Shown here: in pieces, positions 30,410-32,000 of the stretch
Layout: every line of letters starts with the position of its first letter
How positions within the stretch are numbered: the first letter of the stretch is position 1
NCBI GenBank assembly: GCA_934660865.1
Contig: CAKUIA010000011.1
Span: forward strand, 30,001 to 62,000
From: an uncultured Opitutales bacterium
Lineage (GTDB): Bacteria > Verrucomicrobiota > Verrucomicrobiia > Opitutales > Intestinicryptomonadaceae
Length of the DNA: 32,000 nucleotides
Direction: 5' to 3'
The notes under the pieces: generated by a model
The model's input: only the letters and a program-made list of their open reading frames with translations
The model's database searches: none
Told to the model about the DNA's origin: nothing
Position numbers and translations under genes: made by a program

Positions 30410-31708
30410 ATGTTTAAAACGCTTCCGGGTTTTAGGGAATTTTATCCCGAAGACAGAGCCAAGCGCGACTTTATCTTCGACAAGTGGCGCAACGCCGCAA
30501 AAAGCTTCGGCTTTGTCGAATTCGACCCGCCCGTGCTCGAACCGTTGGAGCTTTTTACCGAAAAATCGGGCGAGGAAATAAAGTCGCAGCTTTTCGAATT
30601 TGTAGACAAAGGCGACAGAGCCGTGTCGTTGCGTCCAGAAATGACGCCGTCGTTGGCGAGAATGGTTGGCGCGCACGCAAAGGGCATACGCAAGCCCGTA
30701 AAATGGTTTGCCATAGGCGAAAACTACCGCTACGAGCGCCAGCAAAAGGGCAGGCTAAGGGCGTTTTACCAATACAACGCCGACATTTTGGGCGAGGAAT
30801 CGCTTGCTGCCGACGCCGAAGTTATTGCCCTGCTTATAGAGTCTTTAAGGAGCTTTTCGCTTACCGAAAACGAATTTAAACTGCGCTTGGGCGACAGAAA
30901 GCTTTGGGTGTATTTCCTGCGCATGGCGGGCATTACCGAAGAGCTTGACATGAAAGTGTTGTCGGTGGTAGATAAAATCGAAAAGGTTAACGCGCAGGCT
31001 TTCGACGAAATGTTGTCCGAAGCACTAAGCGGCACAAACCTGAACGTTGCCGAAATTTCCGAAAAAATACATTCGTTTGTAAAAACTTCGTCGATAGAGC
31101 AGATATGCGGGATTGCCGAAACTGCAAGCGACGACTTTAAGGCCCGCGTTGGCGATTGGCAAAGTCTTTTGGCATTGCTTGGCAGTATGGGCTACGGCGG
31201 CTATATAAAACCCGACATGGGCATAGTTAGGGGCTTGGCATACTATACGGGTTTTGTGTTCGAAGCTTTCCAAACCGTAGGCACGGGCAGGGCTTTGGCA
31301 GGCGGCGGCAGGTACGACAACCTTGTAAAAAAGCTCGGCTACCCGGATATGCCCGCAGTGGGCTTCGGTATGGGCGATGTTACCGTAGGCGATTTGCTTG
31401 AGCTGACGGGGAAATCGGGGGCTGTAAGCGACGCTTTGGACATCTACGCCGTTATAGGCGACGAATCTTTGCGCGCCAAAGCGCTGCCGTATATTTTCGG
31501 GCTTCGCCGCAGGGGCTTGAAGGTAGACTATTCCTTTAAGGAAGCGTCTTTCGGCAAGCAGTTTAAAACGGCCGATGCGCTAAAGGCAAAGTACGCCGTT
31601 ATTTTCGGCGGCGACGAATTTGCAAACGCAAGCGTTAAGATTAAAAACCTTGCAAACGCAAGCGAAACACTTGTAAAGCTTGGCGATTTGCAGGAATTCG
31701 ACTTTTAA
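30410..31708 (+). CDS. hisS: histidine--tRNA ligase
   Basis: 432 aa. Contains LPGFREFYPED, RPEMTPSLARM, YRYERQQKGRLRAFYQ and GGGRYDNLV class II motifs. Confidence 0.95.
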   Translation: MFKTLPGFREFYPEDRAKRDFIFDKWRNAAKSFGFVEFDPPVLEPLELFTEKSGEEIKSQLFEFVDKGDRAVSLRPEMTPSLARMVGAHAKGIRKPVKWFAIGENYRYERQQKGRLRAFYQYNADILGEESLAADAEVIALLIESLRSFSLTENEFKLRLGDRKLWVYFLRMAGITEELDMKVLSVVDKIEKVNAQAFDEMLSEALSGTNLNVAEISEKIHSFVKTSSIEQICGIAETASDDFKARVGDWQSLLALLGSMGYGGYIKPDMGIVRGLAYYTGFVFEAFQTVGTGRALAGGGRYDNLVKKLGYPDMPAVGFGMGDVTVGDLLELTGKSGAVSDALDIYAVIGDESLRAKALPYIFGLRRRGLKVDYSFKEASFGKQFKTADALKAKYAVIFGGDEFANASVKIKNLANASETLVKLGDLQEFDF

Positions 31709-31725
31709 TTAAAATAAAACTAAAA

Positions 31726-31765
31726 AAGCCCCCTTTGTCGCAAAACGGCATGGGGGCTTTTTTTG
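31726..31765. terminator. rho-independent (bidirectional) terminator after hisS
   Basis: Stem AAGCCCCC / GGGGGCTT flanked by an A-run and a T-run; 18-nt loop. Confidence 0.75.
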
Positions 31766-31803
31766 TTGCAGAATTTTCGGTTTAACAATTAGGCGGAGTT
31801 TTT

Positions 31804-32000
31804 TTACTTGCCTGGTTGTTGTTTTTGCGGAGGTTTTAGGGTTATTACATATTCCTTTACCTTTTGCGTTTGGGCGGGCTTGCTTTGAGCTTTGTCGGCT
31901 TTTGCGTTGTATGCCTGCAAAAGCGACTGCAAAAAGGCGATAGACGCAACTACAACCGCCGCAATAATCGTAAAATACACAATTTTTACAAGCGATTTTG
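31804..32000 (-). CDS. hypothetical membrane protein, C-terminal 64 codons (N-terminus off-window)
   Basis: Not in the ORF track. I checked the minus-frame triplets from 31807 to 31998 and found no stop; TAA lies at 31806-31804. Translation is ...IVYFTIIAAVVVASIAFLQSLLQAYNAKADKAQSKPAQTQKVKEYVITLKPPQKQQPGK, with one TM helix. Confidence 0.45.
   Translation of the reverse strand, partial: KSLVKIVYFTIIAAVVVASIAFLQSLLQAYNAKADKAQSKPAQTQKVKEYVITLKPPQKQQPGK

Overview
About two thirds of the window (1 to ~21.2 kb) is the right-hand part of a Mu-family transposable prophage. Its left boundary lies beyond the window start. The remaining ~10.8 kb (21279-32000) is ordinary host chromosome: cupin, pabB-pabC fusion, SAM methyltransferase, Tat-lipoprotein flavoenzyme, secreted coiled-coil protein, rluA-family, ubiE/menG, a ClpX paralogue, HU/IHF and hisS. 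The prophage has two divergent arms. The late/structural operon runs on the minus strand (13064 down to 1): lysis-like genes, small and large terminase, portal, protease-scaffold, decoration protein, major capsid, Dam methylase, connector, MuF-like protein, gpG-like protein, tail. The early arm runs on the plus strand (14261-20937): two Ner/Cro-like HTH genes, an Xis-like HTH, DUF3102-like, MuA-like transposase, MuB-like ATPase, Gam, GemA-like. Between them is an AT-rich immunity centre (13065-14260) holding a c-type repressor, an orphan 109-aa ORF, two 37-bp repeats and an operator array. The observations most worth follow-up are: (1) the MuF-like virion protein ends in an R-S-E ADP-ribosyltransferase-like module, followed by a translationally coupled small ORF that could be its immunity partner; (2) the AT-rich accessory island next to the repressor; (3) deviant catalytic motifs in both transposition proteins; (4) a direct-repeat array at the prophage-host junction. 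I saw no rRNA, tRNA or CRISPR. All family assignments come from reading the translations, not from database searches, so they are hypotheses with the stated confidence. Host taxon is undetermined; GC appears moderate by eye and many genes have clear Shine-Dalgarno sites.
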